From a virus (taxonomy: Duplodnaviria > Heunggongvirae > Uroviricota > Caudoviricetes): DNA of 43,997 bases. The DNA lies in IMG/VR virus record IMGVR_UViG_2778261068_000003, positions 1 to 43,997 of that record. One strand, written 5' to 3'. Both the position numbers and the translations under genes were made by a program. This document shows, piece by piece, positions 17,527 to 25,418 of the stretch; the first letter of the stretch is position 1, and each line of letters opens with the position of its first letter. The notes under the pieces were generated by a model. That model made no database searches and was not told where the DNA came from. It saw nothing but the letters and a program-made list of their open reading frames with translations.

Positions 17527-18450
17527 GATTGATTGTTATGTCAGTGTGAAATATACGCATACATTCAATTTCATTTTTTAACAACACCATTCATTGACAC
17601 CGTTCCGAACCGGGTTGATATTTATACCAGTTCGATAACGCATGTTGATTACCATCTGTGGTTACTATTGTTATTCGAACAGTTGCGGACCGTAAGGAAT
17701 GCATCCAGAACGGGGGCATAGTGCCACCTGCTAACAAAAAAGCGACTATACATTTTTATGGTATGTGCGCGTGCTTGCGCGGAGGTTACAACCACAACCA
17801 CCTCTCTTTCCTCCCTCCATTCTGTAATAGTGGTTGATTACAGTTTGCATACCATTTTTTTGAGGAGATACAGTGATGGCGTATTGCTGGTCTGTCATGC
17901 CCGATGAGATAAAGCGCGACTCACAATTACTCCGTGGCAGTACGCCATCACTGTATAGCTTCATGCAGAATTTGAGGTGAGCCCGTGAGGGGTGATGCAG
18001 GGAACAGCATCACGCATGCTGTTTTGAGGCAGCAGTATGTCCCGGGATATATCCGGCACCTCAACCAGGTTCTCGCGATTGTCTGCTTTTGATATGGTCT
18101 GTTTGTATTACCTTTCCGCCATTTATATGGCGGTTTTTTATGCCGGATATTTACGTCAGTGAATAAAAAGGGGAGCGGGCTATTGGGGAGCCCGCCGGAC
18201 AAGGTCCATTTATCGGTTCTGACATTACTGAGCGTGAAAGCTGGACTGAAACGCTCTGAAATGTCATTTCAGGTCATACCAGTAAGTAAAGAACAGTCTC
18301 CCGAGGATAGAGGCGGGAGACTGGCTTTTTAATATCATAAGAAATCGCCATGGTAAATATAACTATATGAAAAATATATGGTTTTTAGCTTTTTGCGAAC
18401 GTTTCTGACGTTATCTTCGCCGACTTATTTCAAAATTCCTGTCCGTGATG
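17527..18450. repeat. tandem duplicated noncoding module, copy B
   Basis: Second copy of the same module; ends in the leader of the holin-like gene. Confidence 0.8.
18116..18139 (+). terminator. Rho-independent terminator inside repeat copy B
   Basis: Identical CCGCCATTTATATGGCGG hairpin followed by TTTTTT. Confidence 0.6.
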
Positions 18451-18491
18451 ACCAGGTTTACGGTCAGCGGCTCTTTTCATCGGATTTAATC

Positions 18492-18887
18492 ATGCACAGT
18501 TCACTGACCATTACTGGTGCGGTTGCCGCAGGCTCCACCGGAGTCACTCTCTCCACTCTTTTTCCTGAAGCAACTCCGGCGGTGGTGATTTGCTCGCTCG
18601 CCGGAACGGCGCTTTATGTTCTTTCATCCCGCCCGCACAGGGTCTGGAGGCAGATTCTGTTTGCCCTGATTTCTTTTATCGGGGGTATACACAGTGCTGA
18701 AACAGTCTCTGAAATTATCGCGGCGGTGATTAATGCCTGGCTGGTAAAAATTGCGCCGGGTGCATCAGTTCATGTCACGCCCGGGATCGGGGCGCTGGTG
18801 GCTTCAACAATCTGCGTCAGTGTTCTGTTGCGTGTTATGGCGAAATACCAGGATGGCAGGCAGACGAAGAAGGGAGAGGAACAATGA
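18492..18887 (+). CDS. putative holin-like membrane protein
   Basis: Several hydrophobic helices; first gene of the lysis cluster; start placed at 18492 because the upstream in-frame extension lies in the repeat and is interrupted by a stop in copy A; weak Shine-Dalgarno. Confidence 0.45.
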   Translation: MHSSLTITGAVAAGSTGVTLSTLFPEATPAVVICSLAGTALYVLSSRPHRVWRQILFALISFIGGIHSAETVSEIIAAVINAWLVKIAPGASVHVTPGIGALVASTICVSVLLRVMAKYQDGRQTKKGEEQ

Positions 18888-19219
18888 ACTGGGAAAAACT
18901 GGTGCTTTCCGCAAATGCTGTTGTTTGCCTGCTGATAGTACTCCGCCTGATGTTCTATCAGAAAAAGGCGGGCAGCTATCGTTTTATGTACTCCCTGCTT
19001 GCGTGGATGGTGATTGTTGCCGCCGGATGGACAGCAGTACGCATTTTTTATGGTGAATATTCCGGGGCAGATCCGGCAGAGCTTTTTCTGAATTTTTCTT
19101 TCTGTCTGGCTGTCTGGGGAGCTGGCGGAAATATTGCAAAAGCCACTCACTGGAGTGTGCAAAACAGAAAAGTAAAAAGAAGGGGGCAGAGTGAAAAAAA
19201 CGAAAGAGATAATTTTTGA
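18884..19219 (+). CDS. putative holin/antiholin-like membrane protein
   Basis: 111 aa with two or three predicted transmembrane helices and a charged C-terminus; ATG overlaps the upstream stop. Confidence 0.5.
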   Translation: MNWEKLVLSANAVVCLLIVLRLMFYQKKAGSYRFMYSLLAWMVIVAAGWTAVRIFYGEYSGADPAELFLNFSFCLAVWGAGGNIAKATHWSVQNRKVKRRGQSEKNERDNF

Positions 19220-19739
19220 TGCCATCCTGGGAAAAGAGGGCGGCTATGTGGATCACCCTGACGACAAGGGAGGTCCAACAAAGTGGGGCGTGACGCAGAC
19301 GACCGCCCGCGCCCACGGATACCGTGGCGATATGCGCGATTTAACCCGCGAACAGGCACTGGAAATTCTTGAGGCTGATTACTGGTACGGACCACGCTTT
19401 GATCAGGTGGCGGCATTATCCCCTGATATTGCGGCGGAGATGTGCGATACGGGCGTCAACATGGGGCCGACTGTGGCGTCCAGAATGCTTCAGCGCTGGC
19501 TGAACGTATTCAATCTGAGCGGGAAGCTGTATCCCGATATGGACACGGACGGACGCACTGGCCCACGCACGATTAACGCATTACGTGCGTATCTGGAAAA
19601 GCGCGGCCGGGAAGGCGAAATGGTGCTGTTAACAGCACTGAACTGTACTCAGGGCGACCGCTATCTGGAGCTGGCAGAGAAACGGGAGGCTAACGAGTCG
19701 TTTGTCTACGGCTGGATGAAAGAGCGTGTGGCTGTATGA
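19191..19739 (+). CDS. endolysin (GH108-like domain plus PG_binding_3-like domain)
   Basis: ...EGGYVDHPDDKGGPTKWGVTQ... (GH108-like motif) and a C-terminal peptidoglycan-binding-like region; GTG start with AGGGGG Shine-Dalgarno. Confidence 0.85.
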   Translation: MKKTKEIIFDAILGKEGGYVDHPDDKGGPTKWGVTQTTARAHGYRGDMRDLTREQALEILEADYWYGPRFDQVAALSPDIAAEMCDTGVNMGPTVASRMLQRWLNVFNLSGKLYPDMDTDGRTGPRTINALRAYLEKRGREGEMVLLTALNCTQGDRYLELAEKREANESFVYGWMKERVAV

Positions 19740-19879
19740 AGCGAAAACACTGGACACACAGAATGCCGCGAACGGCGGCGAAATGGGCACTGGTAGCGAT
19801 ACTGGTGCCTTTTTTATTGCTCAAAAAACGAAAGAACGGAGGTACGTATGTACGCACTGAAAAAAATTACGGTAACTGA
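19736..19879 (+). CDS. putative small membrane protein (47 aa), possible spanin remnant
   Basis: ATG overlaps the endolysin stop (ATGA); basic N-terminus then hydrophobic WALVAILVPFLLL; below the ORF-track cutoff. Confidence 0.25.
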   Translation: MKRKHWTHRMPRTAAKWALVAILVPFLLLKKRKNGGTYVRTEKNYGN

Positions 19880-20129
19880 AGATGGGCGCCAGGTTGAGGA
19901 AGTGCATGTTCTGGGGGATATGTATCGCCTGGAGTTCTATCCGCGTGACACTCATCTTGCTGCAAAAATTGAGTATTGCCGGGACGGGAATACTCCATGT
20001 ATTCCGGTAGAAAAAGAGGATGAGGCTTACATTACCACACTGACCGGAGACACGGTGCGTTGTATCTGTCGCGGTGACAGTAAAGCCCGGGATGAAATCG
20101 CTAAATGCCGCACTCATACCAGTAAATAA
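19848..20129 (+). CDS. hypothetical protein (93 aa, Cys-rich)
   Basis: GGAGG Shine-Dalgarno 5 nt before ATG; several Cys; last gene of the lysis-region operon. Confidence 0.4.
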   Translation: MYALKKITVTEDGRQVEEVHVLGDMYRLEFYPRDTHLAAKIEYCRDGNTPCIPVEKEDEAYITTLTGDTVRCICRGDSKARDEIAKCRTHTSK

Positions 20130-20249
20130 AAACAAAACTCCGACTGCGCGAACAGCCCAAGGGGGCGGTGATCATGCTCGCCTGATTCGTGAGTAACAGT
20201 AGGCATTACAGCAGCCCTTCAGTGAGGGGCTGCGATAATGATGATTATG

Positions 20250-20690
20250 TTAAGAAAGAGCGAGTCCAATTTTGTTGAAGGCCATTTTTACGCCAACAGC
20301 AATTGTTTGCGCTGATAATTTTATAATAGTTTCAGTCGCGCCCGTTTTTATAGCTGCGGCTAACCTGGCCCCTAACGGGAGGTTTTCAGAGTTAATGCTT
20401 TCAGGTATTGCTCTTAAGGCTTCCAGCCCTTTTTCTGTGAGAACAACATTAAAAAAATCAACACCATTTGTGCCTGATGTGGACAGGTAGCCTGTGTTTG
20501 CAAGCCACTGTACAGAATGGAACGCAATTTCAGAATCTGTGCTGATTTCCTGATGTGTAAAATCCAGATAATCAGCACTGGATTCACCAGTAATGCCCTT
20601 GATGCTCAAATCAACAGGTATTGGGAAGGCCTCATACAAAGTGCCGAAGACTTTCCCTGTATATTCATCAAACTTAACGATATTGGACAT
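20250..20690 (-). CDS. hypothetical protein (146 aa), opposite-strand moron at the bor-equivalent locus
   Basis: Minus-strand ORF between lysis genes and cos; no signal peptide or motif recognised; divergent from the small ORF at 20695. Confidence 0.5.
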   Translation of the reverse strand: MSNIVKFDEYTGKVFGTLYEAFPIPVDLSIKGITGESSADYLDFTHQEISTDSEIAFHSVQWLANTGYLSTSGTNGVDFFNVVLTEKGLEALRAIPESINSENLPLGARLAAAIKTGATETIIKLSAQTIAVGVKMAFNKIGLALS

Positions 20691-20694
20691 AAAG

Positions 20695-20910
20695 ATGGAT
20701 AACTCTCTCTATCAAAAAGAAGAAGAAAAAGCCGCTCTGATTAAAGAGCTTCGCAGTGCGATTAAAGCACAATTACGCGGTGATATGGACTGGGTAAGAA
20801 CGCGGGCGTTTTGGGCAGCGCGATTGCCTGGCATACCGAATGAAGTGCTTGCGGAAGCGCTCGCCTCCGCGATCAGTTACGGTGCGGTGATGATGAGGGA
20901 AAGGCGCTGA
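20695..20910 (+). CDS. hypothetical small protein (71 aa)
   Basis: Starts 5 bp from the divergent gene's start; helical, charged; start taken at the internal Met of the 20593 ORF. Confidence 0.4.
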   Translation: MDNSLYQKEEEKAALIKELRSAIKAQLRGDMDWVRTRAFWAARLPGIPNEVLAEALASAISYGAVMMRERR

Positions 20911-20989
20911 GTCGGCGAGTTATGTGTCAGCGGCGCTTTGGTAATGATAATTGCTCCCATTCTCACGGGTCCTTTCCAGAATCTGAAAC

Positions 20990-21175
20990 ACCGAGGGTAC
21001 GTGTACGCGCAAAAACGCGCTATTTATGAAAATTTTCAGGGAAAAACCAGATCCGTTCTTCTTCTGTCTAACCTGTTGTTTAATAGAATTTTCTTGAAAA
21101 AAAGAAAGGATCTGGCAGCGGTGATTTTTCGCTGAAAAAAGCGTTTTGAGATCCTTTCTTCTTTTTGTGAGGAAT
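20990..21175. other. cos site (cosN/cosB-like) of the lambda type
   Basis: GCTATTTATGAAAATTTTC and CCGTTCTTCTTC blocks match the lambda left-end cos region; AAAGAAAGGATCT...AGATCCTTTCTT inverted repeat; ends ~10 bp before the Nu1-like start. Confidence 0.6.
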
Positions 21176-21182
21176 ATGTGCC

Positions 21183-21731
21183 GTGAAGGTTAACAAAAAG
21201 AAACTAGCGGAAATTTTTGAGTGCGATGTCAGAACAATCACTGGCTGGCAAAGTCAGGGGCTGAGAGTTTTGTCGGGGGGAGGCAAAGGTATCGAGGCCA
21301 TGTTCAATACAGCAGAAGCCATTGAGTGGTATGCGCAGCGGGAAAAAGATATCGAAAACGAAAAGCTCCGCAAAGAACTGGAAGATTTGCGTGCGGCTGC
21401 AGAATCAGATTTACAACCCGGCACCATTGACTATGAACGCTACCGGCTCACCAAAGCACAGGCTGACGCACAGGAGCTGAAAAATGCCCGCGAAGAAGGG
21501 CTGGTGCTGGAAACGGAATTGTTTACCTTCATTCTGCAACGTGTGGCACAGGAGATTTCGGGGATACTTGTACGTGTGCCGCTGACATTACAGCGTAAAT
21601 ATCCGGATATTTCACCATCACACCTTGATGTGGTGAAAACTGAAATCGCGAAAGCCTCCAATGTTGCAGCTAAAGCCGGTGAAAACGTGGGCAGGTGGAT
21701 TGATGATTTCAGACGCACAGAAGGCAGCTAA
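21183..21731 (+). CDS. terminase small subunit (lambda Nu1-like)
   Basis: [27 protein letters not shown]...[28 protein letters not shown]... is co-linear with lambda gpNu1; GTG start. Confidence 0.9.
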   Translation: MKVNKKKLAEIFECDVRTITGWQSQGLRVLSGGGKGIEAMFNTAEAIEWYAQREKDIENEKLRKELEDLRAAAESDLQPGTIDYERYRLTKAQADAQELKNAREEGLVLETELFTFILQRVAQEISGILVRVPLTLQRKYPDISPSHLDVVKTEIAKASNVAAKAGENVGRWIDDFRRTEGS

Positions 21732-23619
21732 TGCAGCCGGTGCGATAGCTACAGGGCTTTTATCTCTTAATATTCCGGTTCCACTGACGACGGTTCAGTG
21801 GGCTGATCAACATTATTATCTGCCGAAAGAATCTTCATACACTCCCGGACAATGGGAAACCCTGCCGTTTCAGGTTGCCATTATGAACAGCATGGGAAAT
21901 GACCGGATCCGCACCGTTAATCTGATTAAATCGGCGCGCGTTGGTTACACCAAAATGTTGTTGGGGGTGGAGGCTTATTTTATTGAGCATAAATCCCGTA
22001 ACAGTCTGCTTTTTCAGCCAACAGATTCTGCTGCAGAAGATTTCATGAAATCTCATGTTGAGCCAACGATCAGGGATGTCCCTGCATTGCTGGAGCTGGC
22101 TCCATGGTTCGGAAGAAAGCACCGCGATAATACACTCACCCTGAAGCGTTTTTCCTCCGGCGTGGGCTTCTGGTGCCTGGGCGGTGCCGCTGCTAAAAAC
22201 TACCGTGAAAAATCTGTGGATGTGGTCTGCTATGACGAACTCTCCTCGTTTGAGCCGGATGTGGAAAAAGAAGGTTCGCCGACGCTGCTTGGTGATAAAC
22301 GTATCGAAGGCTCGGTATGGCCTAAGTCCATACGCGGCTCAACGCCAAAAATAAAAGGTTCCTGTCAGATTGAGAAAGCCGCGAATGAATCTGCGCATTT
22401 CATGCGGTTTTATGTTCCCTGTCCTCATTGCGGGGAGGCCCAGTATCTGAAGTTTGGCGATGATGCGACGCCGTTTGGTCTGAAATGGGAGAAGGGTAAA
22501 CCCGAAACGGTGTATTACCTGTGTGAACATAATGGCTGTGTGATCCGCCAGTCGGAACTTGACCAGACTGACGGACGCTGGATTTGTGACAATACCGGGA
22601 TGTGGACGCGTGACGGCCTGATATTTTACAGCGCCGGTGATGAGGAGATGCCGCCACCGCGCTCAATCACTTTCCACATCTGGACGGCGTACAGTCCGTT
22701 CACCACATGGATGCAGATTGTCTATGACTGGCTGGATGCACTGAAGGATCCGAACGGCGTCAAGACGTTTATTAACACCACGCTCGGGGAGCCCTATGAA
22801 GAGGCTGTGGCAGAAAAACTGAGCTTTGAGTTGTTGCTGGAAAAAGTCTGTCACTATGGCGCGCAGGTTCCCCTGCGGGTGGTTTACCTGACTGCAGGGA
22901 TCGACTCCCAGAAAGATCGCTATGAAATTTATGTCTGGGGCTGGGCACCCGGCGAAGAAGCCTTTCTGATTGACAAACAAATTATCATGGGGAGACCGGA
23001 AGACGAGGACACACTTAAACGTGTTGATGCGGTGATCCGGAAAAAATATCGCCATGCTGACGGCACTGAAATTTCCATTTCCCGCGTCTGCTGGGATACC
23101 GGTGGTATCGACCAGGATATCGTGTATCAGCGTTCCAGAAAGCACGGCACTTTTTTTGTGCTTCCCATAAAAGGGGCATCGGTGTATGGCAAACCGGTGA
23201 TCACCATGCCCAAAAAGCGAAACCCGCGTGGGGTGTTTTTGTGTGAAGTGGGTTCCGATACCGTCAAGGAAATGCTGTATGCCCGTTTTGCCCTGCCGGT
23301 GGTCCCTGTCAGTGAAGCGGCCCCGTATACTTTCCGCTTTCCGGATAACCCGGACATTTTTTCAGAAGAAGAGGCGCGTCAGATAGTGGCGGAAGAGCTG
23401 GTGGAAAAGGTGGTTAATGGCAGGGTGAAACTGTTGTGGGATAAAAAAGGGCGGCGCAACGAAGCCCTCGACTGTCTGGTGTATGCCTATGCTGCCCTGC
23501 GTATTTCAGTACAGCGATGGCAGCTGGATCTTGAGGCACTGGCGCGGGCAAGAAGAGATGAGCAGGATGAGGATGATATGAGTCTGGAAGAGATTGCGGC
23601 TGCACTGAGTGGAGGGTAA
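21703..23619 (+). CDS. terminase large subunit (lambda gpA-like)
   Basis: Extensive co-linear similarity to lambda gpA (...[12 protein letters not shown]...[14 protein letters not shown]...[13 protein letters not shown]...[11 protein letters not shown]...); start at the internal Met at 21703, overlapping Nu1. Confidence 0.95.
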   Translation: MISDAQKAANAAGAIATGLLSLNIPVPLTTVQWADQHYYLPKESSYTPGQWETLPFQVAIMNSMGNDRIRTVNLIKSARVGYTKMLLGVEAYFIEHKSRNSLLFQPTDSAAEDFMKSHVEPTIRDVPALLELAPWFGRKHRDNTLTLKRFSSGVGFWCLGGAAAKNYREKSVDVVCYDELSSFEPDVEKEGSPTLLGDKRIEGSVWPKSIRGSTPKIKGSCQIEKAANESAHFMRFYVPCPHCGEAQYLKFGDDATPFGLKWEKGKPETVYYLCEHNGCVIRQSELDQTDGRWICDNTGMWTRDGLIFYSAGDEEMPPPRSITFHIWTAYSPFTTWMQIVYDWLDALKDPNGVKTFINTTLGEPYEEAVAEKLSFELLLEKVCHYGAQVPLRVVYLTAGIDSQKDRYEIYVWGWAPGEEAFLIDKQIIMGRPEDEDTLKRVDAVIRKKYRHADGTEISISRVCWDTGGIDQDIVYQRSRKHGTFFVLPIKGASVYGKPVITMPKKRNPRGVFLCEVGSDTVKEMLYARFALPVVPVSEAAPYTFRFPDNPDIFSEEEARQIVAEELVEKVVNGRVKLLWDKKGRRNEALDCLVYAYAALRISVQRWQLDLEALARARRDEQDEDDMSLEEIAAALSGG

Positions 23620-23832
23620 GTGATGATTTATACACATGAGATGCTTTGCGAAGCGCGTCGGGCGCTGCATGAACTGATGATCGGGCGTGCTGTGGTTTCT
23701 GTCAGTAAGAACGGACGACAGGTGCAGTATTCGCGGGCGACAATTAATGAGCTACGGCGATATATTGAAGAAATTGAAAGTGCGCTTGGAATCTCCGGTC
23801 GTCGCCGTGGCCCTGCAGGAGTAAGACTGTGA
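23620..23832 (+). CDS. head-tail joining protein (lambda gpW-like)
   Basis: ...ARRALHELMIGRAVVSVSKNGRQVQYSRATINELRRYIEEIE...RRRGPAG... resembles lambda gpW. Confidence 0.8.
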   Translation: MMIYTHEMLCEARRALHELMIGRAVVSVSKNGRQVQYSRATINELRRYIEEIESALGISGRRRGPAGVRL

Positions 23833-25418
23833 ACGGGGAACTGGTGGATCTTCATGGGCAACCTCTGCGGCAGAGTATGGGATATTCCGGTGGTGGTACC
23901 GGATTTGGCGGGCAGCTTGCGGAATGGCTGCCAGCACCGGAAAGCGCCGATGTGGCGCTGTTACCCTCCATTCAGCTGGGGAACGCTCGCGCGGATGATC
24001 TGGTCCGTAACAACGGTATTGCCGCAAACGCCGTGGAAATCCATAAGGATCATATTGTCGGGCACATGTTTCGCCTGAGTTACCGGCCAAACTGGCGCTG
24101 GCTGGGGATGTCGGAAGCTGATTCGCATGCCTTTATTGAAGATGTGGAGGCGGCATGGATGGAATATTGCGATCCGGTGTTTGGTTCGATGGATGTGGAA
24201 GGGCGTCGCTCGTTTACCGAATTCATTCGTGAAGGGGTAGGAGTCCATACTTTTAACGGTGAAATTTTTGTCCAGCCCGTATGGGATACGGAATCCACGT
24301 CATTATTCCGGACGAAATTCAAGACCATCAGTCCGAAGCGCGTCAGTACACCTGGTTATGGCATCGGCGATCGTTTTATGCGTGCCGGGGTGGAAATTAA
24401 CCGGCACGGGAAAGCACTGGCTTACCATGTTCAGGAAGATGACTGGCCCGGCTATGGTGTCAGCAACTGGACACGGATTGCGGCGACGCTGCCCTCCGGG
24501 CGACCGGGAATGATCCATGTGTTTCAGCCGCAGGAGGACGGACAGACGCGCGGGGCCAACCAGTTTTATTCCGTGATGGAGCGCCTCAAGATGCTCGACA
24601 CACTGCAGGCCACACAACTGCAGTCGGCGGTGGTGCGGGCGATGTATGCCGCGACGATTGAATCCACACTGGATTCGGAAAAAGCTTTTGAATATATCGC
24701 CGGGGTGGGAGATGGCGGTAAAAATCCCCTGAACACCATCATGGCAGGCTATGCGCGTTATTACGCCACTAATACAGTAAAAATGGGAGGTGTACGTATT
24801 CCGCATCTTTATCCGGGGGATTCACTGAATCTGCAGACACCACAGAATGCGGATAATGGTTTCTCTGAACTGGAAAAGGCGCTGTTACGTTACATTGCTG
24901 CCGGACTGGGGGTGTCCTATGAGCAGCTTTCCCGTGATTATTCACAGGTCAGCTATTCCAGTGCCAGGGCATCCGCCAATGAGTCGTGGCGGTATTTTAT
25001 GGGGAAACGAAAATTTGTGGCCAGCCGTCTGGCGTCACAGATGTTTGCCTGCTGGCTGGAGGAAGCGCTTATTCGCGGCGTGGTCCGCCCGCCGAAATCC
25101 CGTTTCTCATTCTGGGAGGCCCGTTCCGGATGGTGTCGTGCCGAGTGGATTGGTGCCGGTCGCATGGCGATTGACGGACTCAAGGAGGTTCAGGAGTCCG
25201 TAATGCGTATTGAATCCGGTCTGAGTACCTACGAGAAAGAGCTGGCGATGATGGGGGATGATTATCAGGAAATTTTCCGGCAACAGGTGAGAGAGTCGGA
25301 AGAGCGCAGAAATGCAGGATTGTCACGACCAGTCTGGATCGCAGATACATATCGCCAACAAATAGAGAAAAGTCGGGAGTCGGGAGAAAACGGGGGGAAT
25401 GCACAACGTGAGACGTAA
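23829..25418 (+). CDS. portal protein (lambda gpB-like)
   Basis: 529 aa at the position and with the general character of lambda gpB; GTG start overlapping the W-like stop. Confidence 0.9.
   Translation: MNGELVDLHGQPLRQSMGYSGGGTGFGGQLAEWLPAPESADVALLPSIQLGNARADDLVRNNGIAANAVEIHKDHIVGHMFRLSYRPNWRWLGMSEADSHAFIEDVEAAWMEYCDPVFGSMDVEGRRSFTEFIREGVGVHTFNGEIFVQPVWDTESTSLFRTKFKTISPKRVSTPGYGIGDRFMRAGVEINRHGKALAYHVQEDDWPGYGVSNWTRIAATLPSGRPGMIHVFQPQEDGQTRGANQFYSVMERLKMLDTLQATQLQSAVVRAMYAATIESTLDSEKAFEYIAGVGDGGKNPLNTIMAGYARYYATNTVKMGGVRIPHLYPGDSLNLQTPQNADNGFSELEKALLRYIAAGLGVSYEQLSRDYSQVSYSSARASANESWRYFMGKRKFVASRLASQMFACWLEEALIRGVVRPPKSRFSFWEARSGWCRAEWIGAGRMAIDGLKEVQESVMRIESGLSTYEKELAMMGDDYQEIFRQQVRESEERRNAGLSRPVWIADTYRQQIEKSRESGENGGNAQRET

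Noticed and set aside
16400-18450. tRNA genes expected between Q and the lysis genes, as in many lambdoid and Stx phages
   Set aside because: No T-arm (GGTTCGAATCC-like) or D-arm (TAGCTCAG-like) motifs and no cloverleaf-compatible segments were found by eye; the region is a duplicated noncoding module instead. A tRNA search tool would be needed for a definitive exclusion.
18378-18491. Longer N-terminal extension of the holin-like ORF (start at 18378)
   Set aside because: The extension lies within repeat copy B; the equivalent position in copy A is interrupted by a stop (ATATAG versus ATATGG), so the segment is probably a noncoding leader.
22663-23145. 160-aa minus-strand ORF, plus similar antisense ORFs at 21835..22122, 22400..22666, 24303..24806 and 24953..25183
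   Set aside because: All lie wholly inside the strongly supported terminase and portal genes on the opposite strand, so they are chance antisense frames.
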